Positions 24,912 to 37,700 are shown, counted from the stretch's first letter. The stretch is 64,000 nt of DNA from Podarcis liolepis (GCA_965112155.1 OZ218114.1), one strand, 5' to 3'. The notes: generated by a model from the sequence alone, not told the origin. Translations and numbers: made by a program.

Positions 24912-25354
24912 CTGCAAGGGAAAAAACATACAGACATACATTTTCTGCTGCATTTGGTCACCAGGAGAAACTTAATCCCACTCCCCCAATGTTTTGGCTT
25001 ATCCATGGACGTTCTCGGCACATTTGATATTGTGTCCCAGAAGTTTAGTTAAGGAGACCATTTTTGGAAACGGCTTGCAACTTGTCACTGAAACCATTTT
25101 TCCATTTCCCTTGTCATTTCATCGCCTTCAGATTTTTTCGGTGCCCAATGGTGATACTTAAAAGTCTTAACCTGCATCCTCTCTAAGGGTGGCTCTCGAG
25201 AAGCTATGGTTCCATACAATTCCCTTCTAGGTTTCTTGATGTTCCTATGAGCAATATCTTCAAGTATGTGGCCAGTGAATGCTAGAGGCCCATTATTGTA
25301 CTGCACATTGCAAACTCCATCAAAGCTGTGAGAACTAAGCCTCGCAATACAGTA

Positions 25355-25963
25355 CAGTGGTACCTTGGGTTACATACGCTTCAGGTTACAGACTCCGCTA
25401 ATCCAGAAATAGTACCTCGGGTTAAGAACTTAGCTTCAGGATGAGAACAGAAATCGTGCTCCAGCACGATTTTTAAGAAAATGTAAATAGGGATTGATAA
25501 TTGGAAAATTGATATTTATAATAGGTTAACATCTTGAGTGAGGATAAATGCCAGAGGGTAAGGATTTGCTGAATTTAATATCTGAACTGGAATACAAAAT
25601 GAGAGGTGTGAGGTCAAGAAACTAGTGAAGGAAGTACAAGATTTGAAATTACTAATCTATTTCCTGTTTTGCTTTTTGGGTTTTTCTTTTTGTCCTTCTT
25701 TCTTTTTTGTATTTTTATGTGTTTTGTTTTTTGTATTTTTATATTTTTGTAGTTTTTTCTTTATGTTTAAATGTTGGAATTTTTTATTATCTGTGAAACC
25801 TTAATAAATATTATTATAAAAAAAAGAGAACAGAAATCGTGCTCCAGAGGCGTGGTGGCAGTGGGAGGCCCCATTAGCTAAAGTGGTGCTTCAGGCTAAG
25901 AACAGTTTCAGGTTAAGAACGGGCCTCCGGAATGAATTAAGTACTTAACCCGAGGTACCACTT
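25355..25963. mobile_element. Tigger/pogo-like MITE (TIR CAGTGGTACCT) interrupted by a retroposed insert
   Basis: TA flanks; same family as 26393, 37839, 43621. Confidence 0.8.
25465..25825 (+). mobile_element. 5'-truncated L1/Tx1-like 3' end
   Basis: AATAAA+A tail; 22-bp TSD GAGAACAGAAATCGTGCTCCAG (25443-25464, 25826-25847). Confidence 0.75.
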
Positions 25964-26392
25964 TATCTTCTTCTGAGTTGGAAACTGTTAAAAAAAACCA
26001 GCTGGAAGAGGAAGGGGGCACAGAGCATGAAAAAAGAGCTGTGAGTGGAGAGGGGCCTTTCCCCCTCCTTTAGATCGCCTGGGAAATGCATCAAACCTGC
26101 TGTACCTGGAACTGAGTGTGGAGAGTACAGCTGAATGACACACAGGTGGGCAGCCTGAGGAAGTGCCATCCACTTTGGGCCTGCCCATAAAAAACAAGTC
26201 TAGAATGAGAGCCTAGGGTGATGTCCTCTGTTTCCAGGAACTCGTCTTCTTGTGAGACTTTTGTGGGGAGCTGAGAGTTTGTTTGGGTGAGAACCCCGAG
26301 GCTGAGAGGGAGGGTGTGCCAGAAGGGAGAAAAACCTGATATTGATTTATATATATTAGTAACTCTGTATTAATGTAACATTTTTGTATGTA

Positions 26393-26637
26393 CAGTGGTA
26401 CCTCTGGTTAAGAACTTAATTTGTTCTGTAGGTCCGTTCTTAACCTGAAACTGTTCTTAACCTGAAGCACCACTTTAGCTAATGGGGCCTCCCGCTGTCG
26501 CCGCAGCGCCACCACTGTGCAATTTCTGTTCTCATCCTGAAGCAAAGTTATTAACCTGAGGTACTATTTCTGGGTTAGTGGAGTCTGTAACCTGAAGTAT
26601 CTGTAACCTGAAGCGTCTGTAACCTGAGGTACCACTG
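26393..26637. mobile_element. Tigger-like MITE, inverted relative to the 25355 copy
   Basis: CAGTGGTACCTC...GAGGTACCACTG, TA TSD. Confidence 0.85.
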
Positions 26638-27195
26638 TACCTGTAACTCTGAATTTTAGTAATATTTTGTTTAAGTTGTCTGTTGTTGCTTCTTTTTTGT
26701 ACAGTATGCTGCTTAGAGATATTTTAAAATATATTAAGCAGTATAGAAATTGAATAATCATTCAAGCAATAACCAAATATACGCTGAGTTCAGAGACTGC
26801 CCCAGTAGCATTTCCCTTTTAATGCCTATTGCAGTGCTGAGAAAACTGCCTATATGGAAAGATGCTGGGTTTCTTCAAAACTGGAGAGACATCACAATAT
26901 ACAGATATATGTTATTAATCATTCTTGGTTCCATTTCTTTCAGTTAAGGCCAAAGGACATAGGATGTTCATTCCACAACCACAAAAGATAAAGTCCATAA
27001 TTAGCAAGTTAACTCTTAGGACTCCATAACACAAGTAGACATTGCGTTTAATGACACATTCCCAGGCATTCATGTATCCCTTTGTGGCGTTTGCCCTCCC
27101 ATGTGTGTGACTTCATACTGGGTTCATAGGGAAAGGGTTAACTAATTGTAAAATGACTAACCAATGGGAACCCACGGGGCAGAGTTAACTGTGTA

Positions 27196-27516
27196 CAGTG
27201 GTACCTCGCAAGACGAAAGGGTTTTTTGTTTTTTGAGCTGCTTCGCAAGACGATTTTCCCTATGGGCTTGCTTCGCAAGATGGAAACGTCTTGCAAGTTT
27301 GTTTCCTTTTTCTTAACACCATTAATACAGTTGTGACTTGACTTCGAGGAGCAACTCATAGAACGCGGTTTGGTAGCCTTTTTTGAGGTTTTTAAAGATT
27401 GGTGATTTTTGAAGCTTTTCCAAAACTTTCCTGACACCGTGCTTCGCAAGATGAAAAAAATCGCAAGACAACAAAACTCGCGGAATGAATTAATTTCGTC
27501 TTGCGAGGCACCACTG
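27196..27516. mobile_element. Tigger-like MITE subfamily B (CGCAAGACG repeats)
   Basis: TIRs and TA TSD; relative at 48055-48380. Confidence 0.8.
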
Positions 27517-27665
27517 TATAAGGTTTAAGCACAGAGAGAATTTGTTAAGAGGAGTTAGAGTGGTTGAGAAGACAGTCTGGAGTTAGACGAAAGAGGGAAG
27601 ATAAGTCTGTGGGTTGGGCTAGTCTGGTGTGAGAGAGTGAGAGAATTTGTTAAGAGGAGTCAATG

Positions 27666-27831
27666 CAGTGGCGTAGCGTGGGGGTGCAGGGGGGGCCGGC
27701 CGCACCGGGCGCAACATCTGGGGGGGGCGCATTCGCACTCGCAGCTCTCTGCCCCCTGCTAAAATCCACGGGTTAGGGGGCGCAAATTACTTGCCTTGCC
27801 CTGGGTGCTGACAACCCACGCTACGCCGCTG
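27666..27831. mobile_element. hAT-type MITE (TIR CAGTGGCGTAGCGTGGG)
   Basis: 8-bp TSD AGTCAATG/AGTCAATC; relative at 36127. Confidence 0.8.
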
Positions 27832-28193
27832 AGTCAATCAAACAGTTGAGATAATCAGTCAGAAGGTATTAGGAAGGTATAGGCCGGTAAAGAAACTAAA
27901 GTTAAGATGCTGATATGAATATTATCTGAGAAACCATAAACTCGTTAATGTTTGTAAAATAAACTTTTTCTTTTGATTCACTTTTAACAACTGACTGGAC
28001 TCGGTGTTTTACCAGAGAGTAACTGGTTGGTGGCAGCGGGGAAGCAATCACAGTGGTGGCACAGGGATCATAGACCTTTAAATGTCCGGGGACCCTGTGT
28101 GATCACCACACCCTTCATTACTATAAGTCTCCCACACCACAAATGGCCAGCCCCTGAGCCGAATTGCACATCACAGGATATGGACTCCGTTAC

Positions 28194-28351
28194 CCTGGGG
28201 ATATTTGCAGATGAAGTTGTTTTTCATGCTGCAGCTGTCATCATTCCATTGAAACATATATGGTCCCCCATCACCTGCCGGTGCTGAGGGCTGGTGGTAC
28301 ATCACAACACAGACTTCACTTCCACAGGAGGGCTCGTCTGCGTACCAGTTT
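28194..28351 (-). CDS. LAYN: Layilin C-type lectin domain exon, second half
   Basis: NWYADEPSCGSEVCVVMYHQPSAPAGDGGPYMFQWNDDSCSMKNNFICKY; canonical splice sites. Confidence 0.96.
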
Positions 28352-28607
28352 CTGTGGAATCAAAGCAAAACATCAGGTGAATTGTTTCTCCTTGCCAGGA
28401 GTTCTCCCCATGAAGGGCATTTCGCAGAGCAGAGAAATACATGGAAGGAAACAAATTCACTCACAGCACCTTTAAACTTTGTACCTGCCGCTCTAGCTAT
28501 TCACGTGAATGTGGAGGGGGCAGATGTCAGGGACAGCAAGGCTAGAAGCAAGAATCCATAGCTCTGTGCACAGCTGCCCCCCCCCCAATGATTAGCCAGG
28601 GGAGCTA

Positions 28608-28655
<48 letters not shown>
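28608..28655. repeat. (TAA)n microsatellite, probably a LINE tail
   Basis: Direct observation. Confidence 0.9.
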
Positions 28656-28694
28656 TTATTTGTTTATTTATTTATTATTTGTACTCCACCCATT

Positions 28695-29048
28695 GGGACA
28701 CGGGTGGTGCTGTGGGTTAAACCACAGAGCCTGGGACTTGCAGATCAGAAGGTCGGCGGTTCAAATCCCCGCAATGGGGTGAGCTCCCATTGCTCAGTCC
28801 CTGCTCCTGCCAACCTAGCAGTTCAAAAGCACGTCAAAGTGCAAGTAGGTCAATAGGTACCGCTCTGGCAGGAAGGTAAACGGTGTTTCCGTGTGCTGCT
28901 CCGGTTCTCCAGAAGTGGCTTAGTCATGCTGGCCACATGACCTGGAAGCTGTACGCCGGCTCCCTCAGCCAATAAAGCGAGATGAGCGCTGCAACCCCAG
29001 AGTCGGTCACAACTGGACCTAATGGTCAGGGGTCCCTTTACCTTTACC
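28695..29048 (+). mobile_element. Sauria SINE (Squam1-type)
   Basis: tRNA-like head, conserved body, (ACCTTT)n tail; near-identical to 40380 and 55468 copies; sits in an L2-like fragment extending to ~29370. Confidence 0.85.
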
Positions 29049-30667
29049 CTGCCCATCTGGCTGGGTTTCCCCAGCCACTCTGGGCGGCTTTCAACAAAGA
29101 TTACAAGTACATTAAAATGTCACATATTAAAAACTTCCCTGAACAGGGCTGCCTTCAGATGTCTTCTAAATGTCAGGCAGTTGTTTATCTCTTTGACGTC
29201 TGATGGGAGGGCGTTTCACAGGGTGGGTGCCACTACCGAAAAGGCCCTCTGCCTGGTTCCCTGTAGCTTTGCTTCTCGCAATGAGGGAACCGCCAGAAGG
29301 CCCTCGGTGCTGGACCTCAGCGTCCGGGCAGAACGATGGGGGTGGAGACGCTCCTTCAGGTATACTGAAGGAGGCCGTTTACACGTTGGAGGATCTCCCT
29401 AAACAGAAAAAGGATCCTAGGTGCTGGAGGAATTCCACTGACCCAGGCAAGCCATTGGCTGTCCTCAGTAGGAAGTGCTATGGCGGCTTCCTGTTTAGGC
29501 TGGCAACATAGGAAGCTGACTTTTGGTCAGACTTTTAGTCTATCTTGCTCAGTATTGTCTACACTGACTGGCAGCTGCTTCTCAAGTTTGCAGGCAGGGG
29601 GTGCTCTGAGCTGGAAATGCCAGGAATTGAATCTGGGACCTTCTGCAAGCAAAGCAGATGCTCTACCAGTGGGCTATGCCCTTCCCCAGACCAATGGTTC
29701 ATCTAGCTCTATGTTGTCTACACAGTGATTCGAAGTGGCTCTCCAAGGATTTTTAAAATGGGGTGTTCCGAGTCCTACCTGGAGATGCTAGGGATAAAAT
29801 CAGGAACCTTCTTCATGCAAACCAAATCCTCTATCCCTCCACCTGATTGTCATTCAGGCAGGCAGCCTTGCTGTATTATTTTTTGGCATCCGTTAAAAAC
29901 ATTTTTGTTTAGACAAACCTATCTGGTTATGTAGAATGTTTGCAAGGTTTTAAGCTTACCATTGATGTTAATTATTATTTGTATGTCTTAAATAACTGTT
30001 TTTTCACTGACAGTGATATTATTTTATTCTTTTCGTAAGCCACTTTGAGGTCTTTTATTATCAAATGGTATATACATTTTATGAAGCAATACATAAATAA
30101 TACCCCTGAATTACAGCCCATGGGATCTGTCTTGGCCATAAGCCTTCCCTGGTTGAACCCAGATACTGCATGGTGCTAACAGAGGATACGCAAATGTGAT
30201 ATTTAGTCCCTTTCACAGTCCAAAGAAAGAATACTTGTGCAATTTTTCCCTTGCCATAATTCTTGTTATTGGTTATATTAGCAGGATACAAAGCGGGATG
30301 GGGCCCTGTTTGATCACTGATGTTCTGGTACACAAATTTTATTGGTTGATGTTGGTCACATAGGATAAACCCACAACTATGCCAGAAAGTAAAGGGTGTG
30401 GCAGCTGCTTGCACTCCTAGCATGGGCCTGAAGTCCCAGTTTGGTACTGTGAGCTGTGGGAAGGTTCTCTGGAAAGGTTAGCACCATTCCTACCAGGAAA
30501 CTTGTTATGCAATAATAGGTTGAGCTCTTGACATCCTTGACACACAGGTGTACCTAAGCCAGGAAAGCAAAACACAATTATGGCCTAAAGAAATTCTCTG
30601 GGGCTTTGGATTGAAATGCCAATGCTTTTTCAAAAGGTAGAACTTATTTATAAATGGGTAGGAATCT

Positions 30668-30917
30668 GATGAATTAATATGTTTAATTTCATAAAGTGAA
30701 GATTTAAGGATGTTAATGTTTAAGTTAAATTTTATAAGAATTGTGATTTGGGAAACCATTAAAAGGATATGCAATGAAATTCAACTAAGGGGAAGCGGGG
30801 AAGTCACTTAACAAAGTTAATAAGTGTAATTTTCAATAAGGCTATGATTTATGTTTGTTTGTCTTATGTGTTTGTTTATAATATTGTGAAAACCAATAAT
30901 TTTTTTTGAAAAAAATA
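30668..30917 (+). mobile_element. 5'-truncated L1-like 3' end
   Basis: 19-bp TSD TATAAATGGGTAGGAATCT (30649-30667, 30918-30936), A-rich tail. Confidence 0.7.
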
Positions 30918-31019
30918 TATAAATGGGTAGGAATCTCTATTCAGAACACTTAATAATTTTGTTTGACTTGCTAACTTCATGAAGGAACTCATACTTCTGT
31001 TCTGAACATGTGGACTTAC

Positions 31020-31314
31020 CGAAACGTGGACAAACTTCCATCTGACCAAGAGTACAAGTTTGGGCATTCAGTGCTGTTGTCAGGATCTGATTCTCTCCTA
31101 AGCCCTATCCAGAAGTCGCCATCTGACGCTGAAAAGCTCCCAATCATCTTCTCAATCAGTTTCTGTTCTGACTGTGTTTCTATACTGACTAGGTCTCCTC
31201 CATCTCTCCTACAGGCCTGAAGAGCTTCTTTAAAGCCAACCCTGCGTACAACATTATGCAAGTAAACGATCTTGTAGCACGGGCGTTGGGTTCCTCCACG
31301 GCAAATGGCATGTC
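31020..31314 (-). CDS. LAYN: Layilin C-type lectin domain exon, first half
   Basis: GHAICRGGTQRPCYK...ACRRDGGDLVSIE...DGDFWIGLRR...LYSWSDGSLSTFR; donor GTAAGT. Confidence 0.96.
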
Positions 31315-31735
31315 CTGAGGAAGACCAAAAAGAAAAAGAAAACCCATTAGCAAACCAGCAGGAAAAGGCAGCCAATACTTCTCCCACGATGAGTTTTGTG
31401 CTGAATGAAATTTCTCTCCATTAACTCACATTAGCGCTCATAAAACTAACATGAACTGGAATTAAGAACACCTACCTGCATATTATGGCCAGTCTAGCCA
31501 CATTTCCTTTGACTGAAGTTGAGGAACACACTGCTGTCTTATTTTGGCCAGATACAAAAATGAGTGCCAGCCATAATTCTGTTGGTATGTGTGCTCAGAA
31601 AGAACCCAAATTTTGTATTAGGTGAAAGCTTCTTATCACAAAAAAATATTAACTAAACTAGTTCATATTAAGGCTCATTCAATCTCAGAATTTGTGTTAT
31701 GAATTTTCATACAGGCTGTAGCTCAATAGTAGAAT

Positions 31736-32325
31736 TGTCATGGTCTGGCAGGATGCCGAGTGGTGGGGGGCACCAGCTGGGGAACCCCCAAGGGAAGAAG
31801 GCTCAGAGCCTGGGGATTGGTGGTGAGACGATGCTGAGTGGTCAGAGGGAGAAGAGGGAGCCGACTGGGAGGAGGAGGTGTCAGAAGCTGAAGGGGCAAC
31901 AGGGTTTAGTGAGCAGGAAGAGACTGGGACAGAGAGCAGTCTAGAATCAGAGGCAGAAGAGGAGGCTGGAGAGGAAGGGGACCAAGAGGCAGAGATGAAG
32001 CTGGCTGCTGAAGAAGCCAGGGGGTCTCTATCTCCTCCTGTGACCAGTTCCCCCCACCCCCGGTCTCCCAGAACCAGAAGCGGTATGAAGTGAGAGGAGC
32101 AAATGCACACAAGGCATCAAAGTCTCAGATCGTTTGGGGGATGACCCGGGGCAGGAGGAGACTTAGGGAGATGTTTGGAACTGCCTTACTTGGGCAAGAT
32201 CTACTGGGGAGAGTTGCAATGCTCACTAGGCCTGGCCTCCTGAGCTGTTTCTTTGAATAAAGAGAGTTGACTTCACTGACACCATGTGAGTTATTGCGGA
32301 CCTGCTCCTGAAAACCGCCCTGACA
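31736..32325 (+). mobile_element. Solo LTR (Gypsy/BEL-like)
   Basis: TGTCA...TGACA ends, 5-bp TSD AGAAT, AATAAA near 32256. Confidence 0.8.
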
Positions 32326-32932
32326 AGAATTCATGCAGAAGGTTCAATCCCCAGCATCTCCAGGTAGGACTGCAAAAGACTCTTGATTGAAACCCTGAAG
32401 TGCCATCGGCAATGTATGTGGACAATACTGAGCAAGGCGAACAAATGGTCTCACTCTTTATAAAGCTGCTTCCTATAAACCTATATCATCAGCCAATCTC
32501 TGCCTCTTGAATTTCACAATGTGACTTTTATATAAAAAGATAGGGAACACAATGACCACATCCAAGTAAATCATTTTAATTAGTATTTTTATGTCCACAT
32601 TTATCCAGTGCAGAGTCAAGTGTTCTGTTTTACGAAGCCAACCATGGAACATGTATTTCAGGACAGGATGTTATAAACCCCTACGATGCAAAGTGGTGTT
32701 TCATTTTGAGAGAGATCCTTGTGTTTCTATTCATCCTTAAATGTACAAAACAAAAGTCTACAGTACTCCATTCCAAGGATCTTAATACAGCAGAGTAATT
32801 CGACTGCGTGGGATTCCAATGTCTTGACTGCAGATGGCATACAAGTTAAAATGCTGAGCACAGCAAAAACAGTCTAGTCACCATCGATAATCTGACCAAC
32901 ATGCATCTCCGATGAAACACAAAATACGTTAC

Positions 32933-32956
32933 CTCTCTGAAGAATCAGATCCGCAG
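32933..32956 (-). CDS. LAYN: Layilin 24-nt micro-exon
   Basis: Pyrimidine tract+CAG, 24 nt encoding AADLILQR (human ASDLDLRG), donor GTAACG, phase 1-1. Confidence 0.8.
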
Positions 32957-34481
32957 CTGTGAGCCAATGGGAAGAAGAGAAAAAGCACATCACTTATAGA
33001 ATTGGCAATGACCAGGACTGCAGAATATCTAGCCCTTAAGAGTGGGCTGCTTTGAGGTGGCTAAAGTTTTTGCAACAACCTGGCAATTGTCTGCATTTTA
33101 TCAGCAAAATTTGAAGTTATTTTTAGCCAAGGCAGGAATGCAATGCAGTTGATTGCAGGCCGGGCACTGCTACAAGTCAACTTGTCCAACCAGTGATCTC
33201 ACTCTCCTGCATACTAGAGATGAGTCCATGAAACTAAAGGTGCTTAGTTATTACGTAAGGTGTTGATTTCAGTCTGATTAGCCCTTAATAAATATAGCTA
33301 AAATTCTAACCAGTTTCTCTGCTGCATCAATATGTTAGGCATTTTTAGTGCAAAGAGGTAGATGCAGAGGTCCAAGTTCAAATTCCTCCTTAGAGATGCT
33401 TCACGTCTTGCACAGCGGCTAGATCACACTGGTGTTCAGTGCAACACAAACTGCAAATGTGGAGGGCAGATGGGTGCTCCAAAACAAGTAGTGGCTATGC
33501 ACCAGAGATCTATGGCTGATCATAGCTCTTTGAGCAAGTCCCTGAACGTTTAGGAAAGCATGTCTGTCGGTCAGGTGTTTCATATCTGCTGCAAAACACA
33601 CTAGCAAACACCTTATTAATGACTCAGACAAATAATATGAAATAGTTCTGCAAAACAGCAGCATAGCTTAATATAGTGATGGGAGGCCTGAGTTCGAATC
33701 CCATTGTAACCAAGGCCTTGCATAGCTCCCTCTCCCCCCCATATCTTCTGTAAAATGGGAACAATAATGTTGTATCATCTACGTTTTTGATGAGGATAAC
33801 TAAGGCCTGCAAATGGTTTTGCATGTGAAAAGTAATTAGTGCTAGAATAGCAAACGTGGTAACCATCAATCACGTGGCAGTATATTAACGTATTAGTTTC
33901 ACAATGAAATCATAACATGGCAATTGGGGTGGGGGACAATAGCATGCCATGCACAAAGTTGCACACCTTCAATTACACACACAACACCCTAGCAGAAGTT
34001 GCTTTATGAGTTTCCCAAGACACATTAAATTGGAGCTCGTGCGGGACTGATTCTACAGGCCAAAACCATAAAGTGTGTCCCCAATGGTAATATGAACTGG
34101 CTATGTATCTGGCCCTCATTAATGCAAAAGAAAAGAATGGTTGGAAATGCCTGCAGCATTAATAAAAGGAAAAGAAAAACAGGTACCTTTTAAAATACAA
34201 ATACTTGTTCAGGTGATTGAGTAATTTTATTATGCTTTATTGTACGACTGAGATGTGTATTTTGTTTTTGTTTTACATTGCTTACATGATTCTGCAGCAG
34301 CCTAGAACAGATAGGAGCACTTATAGCTGTGGGGGTGAAGGAACAAGCAAATCCAGACAAAGCAGGCCTGACTAGTACAGAACAAATGGAAATTCTTTGG
34401 CAGTACTTATTTTCAGACAGTCTCCACACTTAGAGTAGGGAAAGAGTTTATTCAAAGGATCTTAAGAAGGGGGAGGGGGAG

Positions 34482-34516
<35 letters not shown>

Positions 34517-34625
34517 ATGTGTGAGTTGTGTAGTTATATATTTATAGGCCAGCTAGAAATATTGTGCAGTGAGCTGCCCACTTCACATCACAACAGTATT
34601 TTAAGCATCCTCTTAGAATAGATAG

Positions 34626-34761
34626 NNNNNNNNNNNNNNNNNNNNNNNNNNNNNNNNNNNNNNNNNNNNNNNNNNNNNNNNNNNNNNNNNNNNNNNNNNN
34701 NNNNNNNNNNNNNNNNNNNNNNNNNNNNNNNNNNNNNNNNNNNNNNNNNNNNNNNNNNNNN
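34626..34761. other. Assembly gap (N run)
   Basis: Run of N. Confidence 0.99.
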
Positions 34762-35667
34762 ATGTGAAGTGGGCAGCCCACTCCACAATATTTCTAGCCG
34801 GCCTTGCCTGTGGAACCGCTATGGTTGTTGCCAAAAGATGTCCTGATTTCTGAATGGCACTGGAGCTCTTAAACCTCCAGCTTAAAGCCCAGTATAGGCT
34901 GTAGCTTAGCGATAGCTCATTTGCTCTGCATGCAGGTCCCTGGTTCAAGCCCTGGCACCACCCAGTGGGGCTTAGAGAGCCCTATGTCTGAAACCCCAGA
35001 GAGCCACTGCCAGTCACTGTATAGAAATTACTGAACTGGATGGTCAGATTCAGTATAGGGCAACTTCCTATGCCAGCTTTAGTAGTAAGGGTTTTTTTTG
35101 GGGGGGGGGAGCTATAGTGACTCAGTAGTGATAGATAAGCATTCTAAGCGAGCTCAGAAGCAATTCTCCTTGATGGGAACAGCTGGAGCTCAGTGGTACA
35201 CTGCCTGGTTTGCAGGTTCAGTCACCAGCATCTCCAGTCCACAGGGCCAGTTTTAAATAAGGACACCTTCCTGCAACTGTGGAAATCTGCTATGAGTCGG
35301 AGCAAACAATATAGGCTAGATGGACCGATAGCCTGACTCACTAGAAGACAGCATCATATAAACAATATCCATTTTGCACAATGGCACCATCAGGGCAGGA
35401 CACTGGGGCAGATCAGCAGAATGATCAGGAAATGCCCCAGCTGAAGCCAGACTGGCTAACCACCTTTTGAAGTAAGCCAAGTAATGCCATCTAAAGAGAG
35501 GTGCCCCATAAGTCTATTCTGCCCAGAGTTTAAAATGACTGAACTTAACCACTGCTTTTGGACGGGAGCTCAGAAGAAGAAGAGCGTACAACACCAGCCC
35601 CTGCAGCTCACAGAGATTCTCAGGAGCAGACCACCAGCTAAAATAGACACCACGGGGCCAGCTTATT

Positions 35668-35815
35668 TCATAGAATTGCAGAGTTGAAAAGGACCCTGAG
35701 GATCATTGTAGTTCAACCCTCTGCAATGCAGGAATATGCAGCTGTCCCGTACGGGGATCGAACCTGCAACCTTGGCATTATCACCATCGTAGTATAGCCA
35801 ACTGAGCTACCCAGC
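35668..35815 (-). mobile_element. tRNA-Ile-derived SINE with CR1-like tail
   Basis: A/B-box head (TAGCTCAGTTGG...GGTTCGATCCCCGTACGGG) joined to a CR1-type 3' end. Confidence 0.65.
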
Positions 35816-36126
35816 TTGATACAGTGAAAGCAGCTTCATATCATTTCTTCCCAGCACTGAAACCAGGGTCCTGGGTATCTGACTCATGTTAAGTCTCCCT
35901 AAGATTTAAGGGTGCCCGGTTGAGAGAGATCTGCAGAATGTGAAACAGGCAGCCCATCACTTCCCCCCTCCCACCATGCCAAGGCAGCAAAGCATCTGCC
36001 ATAGTGCCTTCCCTGTTGGGGCAGCCCCATTCTGCACCCCTAATTCTGCTGTGTCCGGAGCTTTAGCAGCCCAGAGCAGAGCCTGGAAGGGATTCCAGGT
36101 TCTCCGCTGCAGAGATACACAGGGTC

Positions 36127-36273
36127 CAGTGGCGTAGCGTGGGGGGTGCAGGGGGGGCCGGCCGCACCAGGCGCAACATCTGGGGGTTAGGGTTAGGGGG
36201 CGCAAATCCACGGGTTAGGGGGCGCAAATTACTTGCCTTGCCCCGGGTGCTGACAACCCACGCTACGCCACTG
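36127..36273. mobile_element. hAT-type MITE with internal TTAGGG repeats
   Basis: TIR CAGTGGCGTAGCGTGGG; 8-bp TSD ACAGGGTC/TCAGGGTC. Confidence 0.8.
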
Positions 36274-36979
36274 TCAGGGTCTCCGCTCCACTTGGGTGTT
36301 GAAACGCACACAACTTTTTGCAGAAAGCTCTACCATCGCCCACCCCCCTCCTTCCGCGAAAGAAGGGGTTTCCCTGTCTCATTTAGTCCACCCACAATCC
36401 ACTTTGTGTATCTGTAGAGTAAGCAGTAGGCTGAAGACGAGGCCACCCATATCAGCTGGGTCGTCTCTGGGGTGCCATCAACATTTTCCTGGGCGCAGTC
36501 CTGCACACAACTTTGGCAGCGCATAGCCCCTGGCTTTCGATGGGATGGAGACTGCCAAACCACACAGCCAGGACTGCATACTTTGGTTGCCTCCCTGCCT
36601 CTAGAAACAGATACTAAAACTGGCCGGCCGTTGGTCCCGCTTTTCTCATGCAGAAGGACCCCCCCACCACCCTCCATTTCTGGGAGGGGAAAGCTCTGCA
36701 CCTTCACAACCGGCCTGCTTCTCGTGGCAGCAGCAGTAGCATTTTTGTGTGCGCATTAATAGAAGTGCCATGGGGGGGGGGTTAGCCCCCACCTTGGGCA
36801 CCGCTGAAGCTGCTCTTTCACCCACTGTTCTCTCTCCAACACAGAATCTTGTCCCTACCCACCCCAGTTTGCATCACTTTCCTCATCCATAGGCAGGTTT
36901 CTCAGCCGGGGCTCATTCCAATGATTTAATACCCCCCTCCCCAATCCAGGGATAAGTACCCAACCCCATGCCCAAAGCG

Positions 36980-37700
36980 CTCCCCATTCCAGAAAGCGGA
37001 GACGCAGCTCCAGATCGTCCCCCCCTTAACTTTTGCATTTGCGTTCAGTTCTCGGGTGTGAGTGCTTCCCCCCACCCGCTGCAAAACAGGAGGGGACCAG
37101 CCCGAGACCCCCGCGCCTGCAGCGCCTGCCTCTGTCCCCAGCCAGCTCGGGACCGGGACTGATGCATCCGCTTGCCCAGCCCAGCCCGGGAGGCACTCAC
37201 CGCTGAGCAGCCGCGTCCCCTGCCCGCCCGCCGCCCCGCAGAAGGCAGCCAGTAGTAGCAGCAGCAGCAGCAAGTTGCTCCCCGCAGCGGCTCCTCCGCT
37301 GCGTCCCCGGAGCCGCATGTCGCGCGGCTGCACTGGCAGCAGCGGCAGCAGCAGCGCAAGGGCAGCAGCGCGAGCTCCGGGCGAGCTTCTGGCAGCAGCC
37401 AAGGCGGCGGCAGTGGCGGCGGCAGCAGAGCCGGCTCCGCCTCCGGGCCAGGGGCCAGCCGAGGGGAGGGACGCTGGAGAGCCCGGCGGGTGGGGTGGGG
37501 AGGTTCTGCGCGGACACTGGCACTCACTCTCTCGACATGCCTGCCGAGAGGGGTCGAGAGATGCTTCGGTAGCCAAAGCGGAGCTCGGTACCAAACTGAT
37601 GCATGGGAAGAAGCTGCGGAAGTTGAGGGTTTTGGGTGGAGGTGGGGGGAGCATCCATAAGACACACAGAATGCGAAGTTAGACCGCGTGGGTTTTGCAT
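36980..37700. promoter_or_regulatory. LAYN CpG-island promoter
   Basis: GC/CpG-rich block over exon 1 and upstream. Confidence 0.75.
37201..37318 (-). CDS. LAYN: Layilin exon 1 (signal peptide)
   Basis: MRLRGRSGG...LLLLLLLLAAFCGAAGGQGTRLLS (human ...TGRLLS); donor G|GTGAGT; in a CpG island. Confidence 0.9.

Larger units (their letters stand above)
27083..28110 (+). mobile_element. Solo LTR containing two nested MITEs
   Basis: TGTGG...CCACA ends, 5-bp TSD CCCTT, AATAAA near 27958. Confidence 0.7.

Noticed and set aside
35740-35815. tRNA-Ile gene
   Set aside because: D and anticodon arms are degraded and it is fused to a CR1-like tail, so a SINE head.
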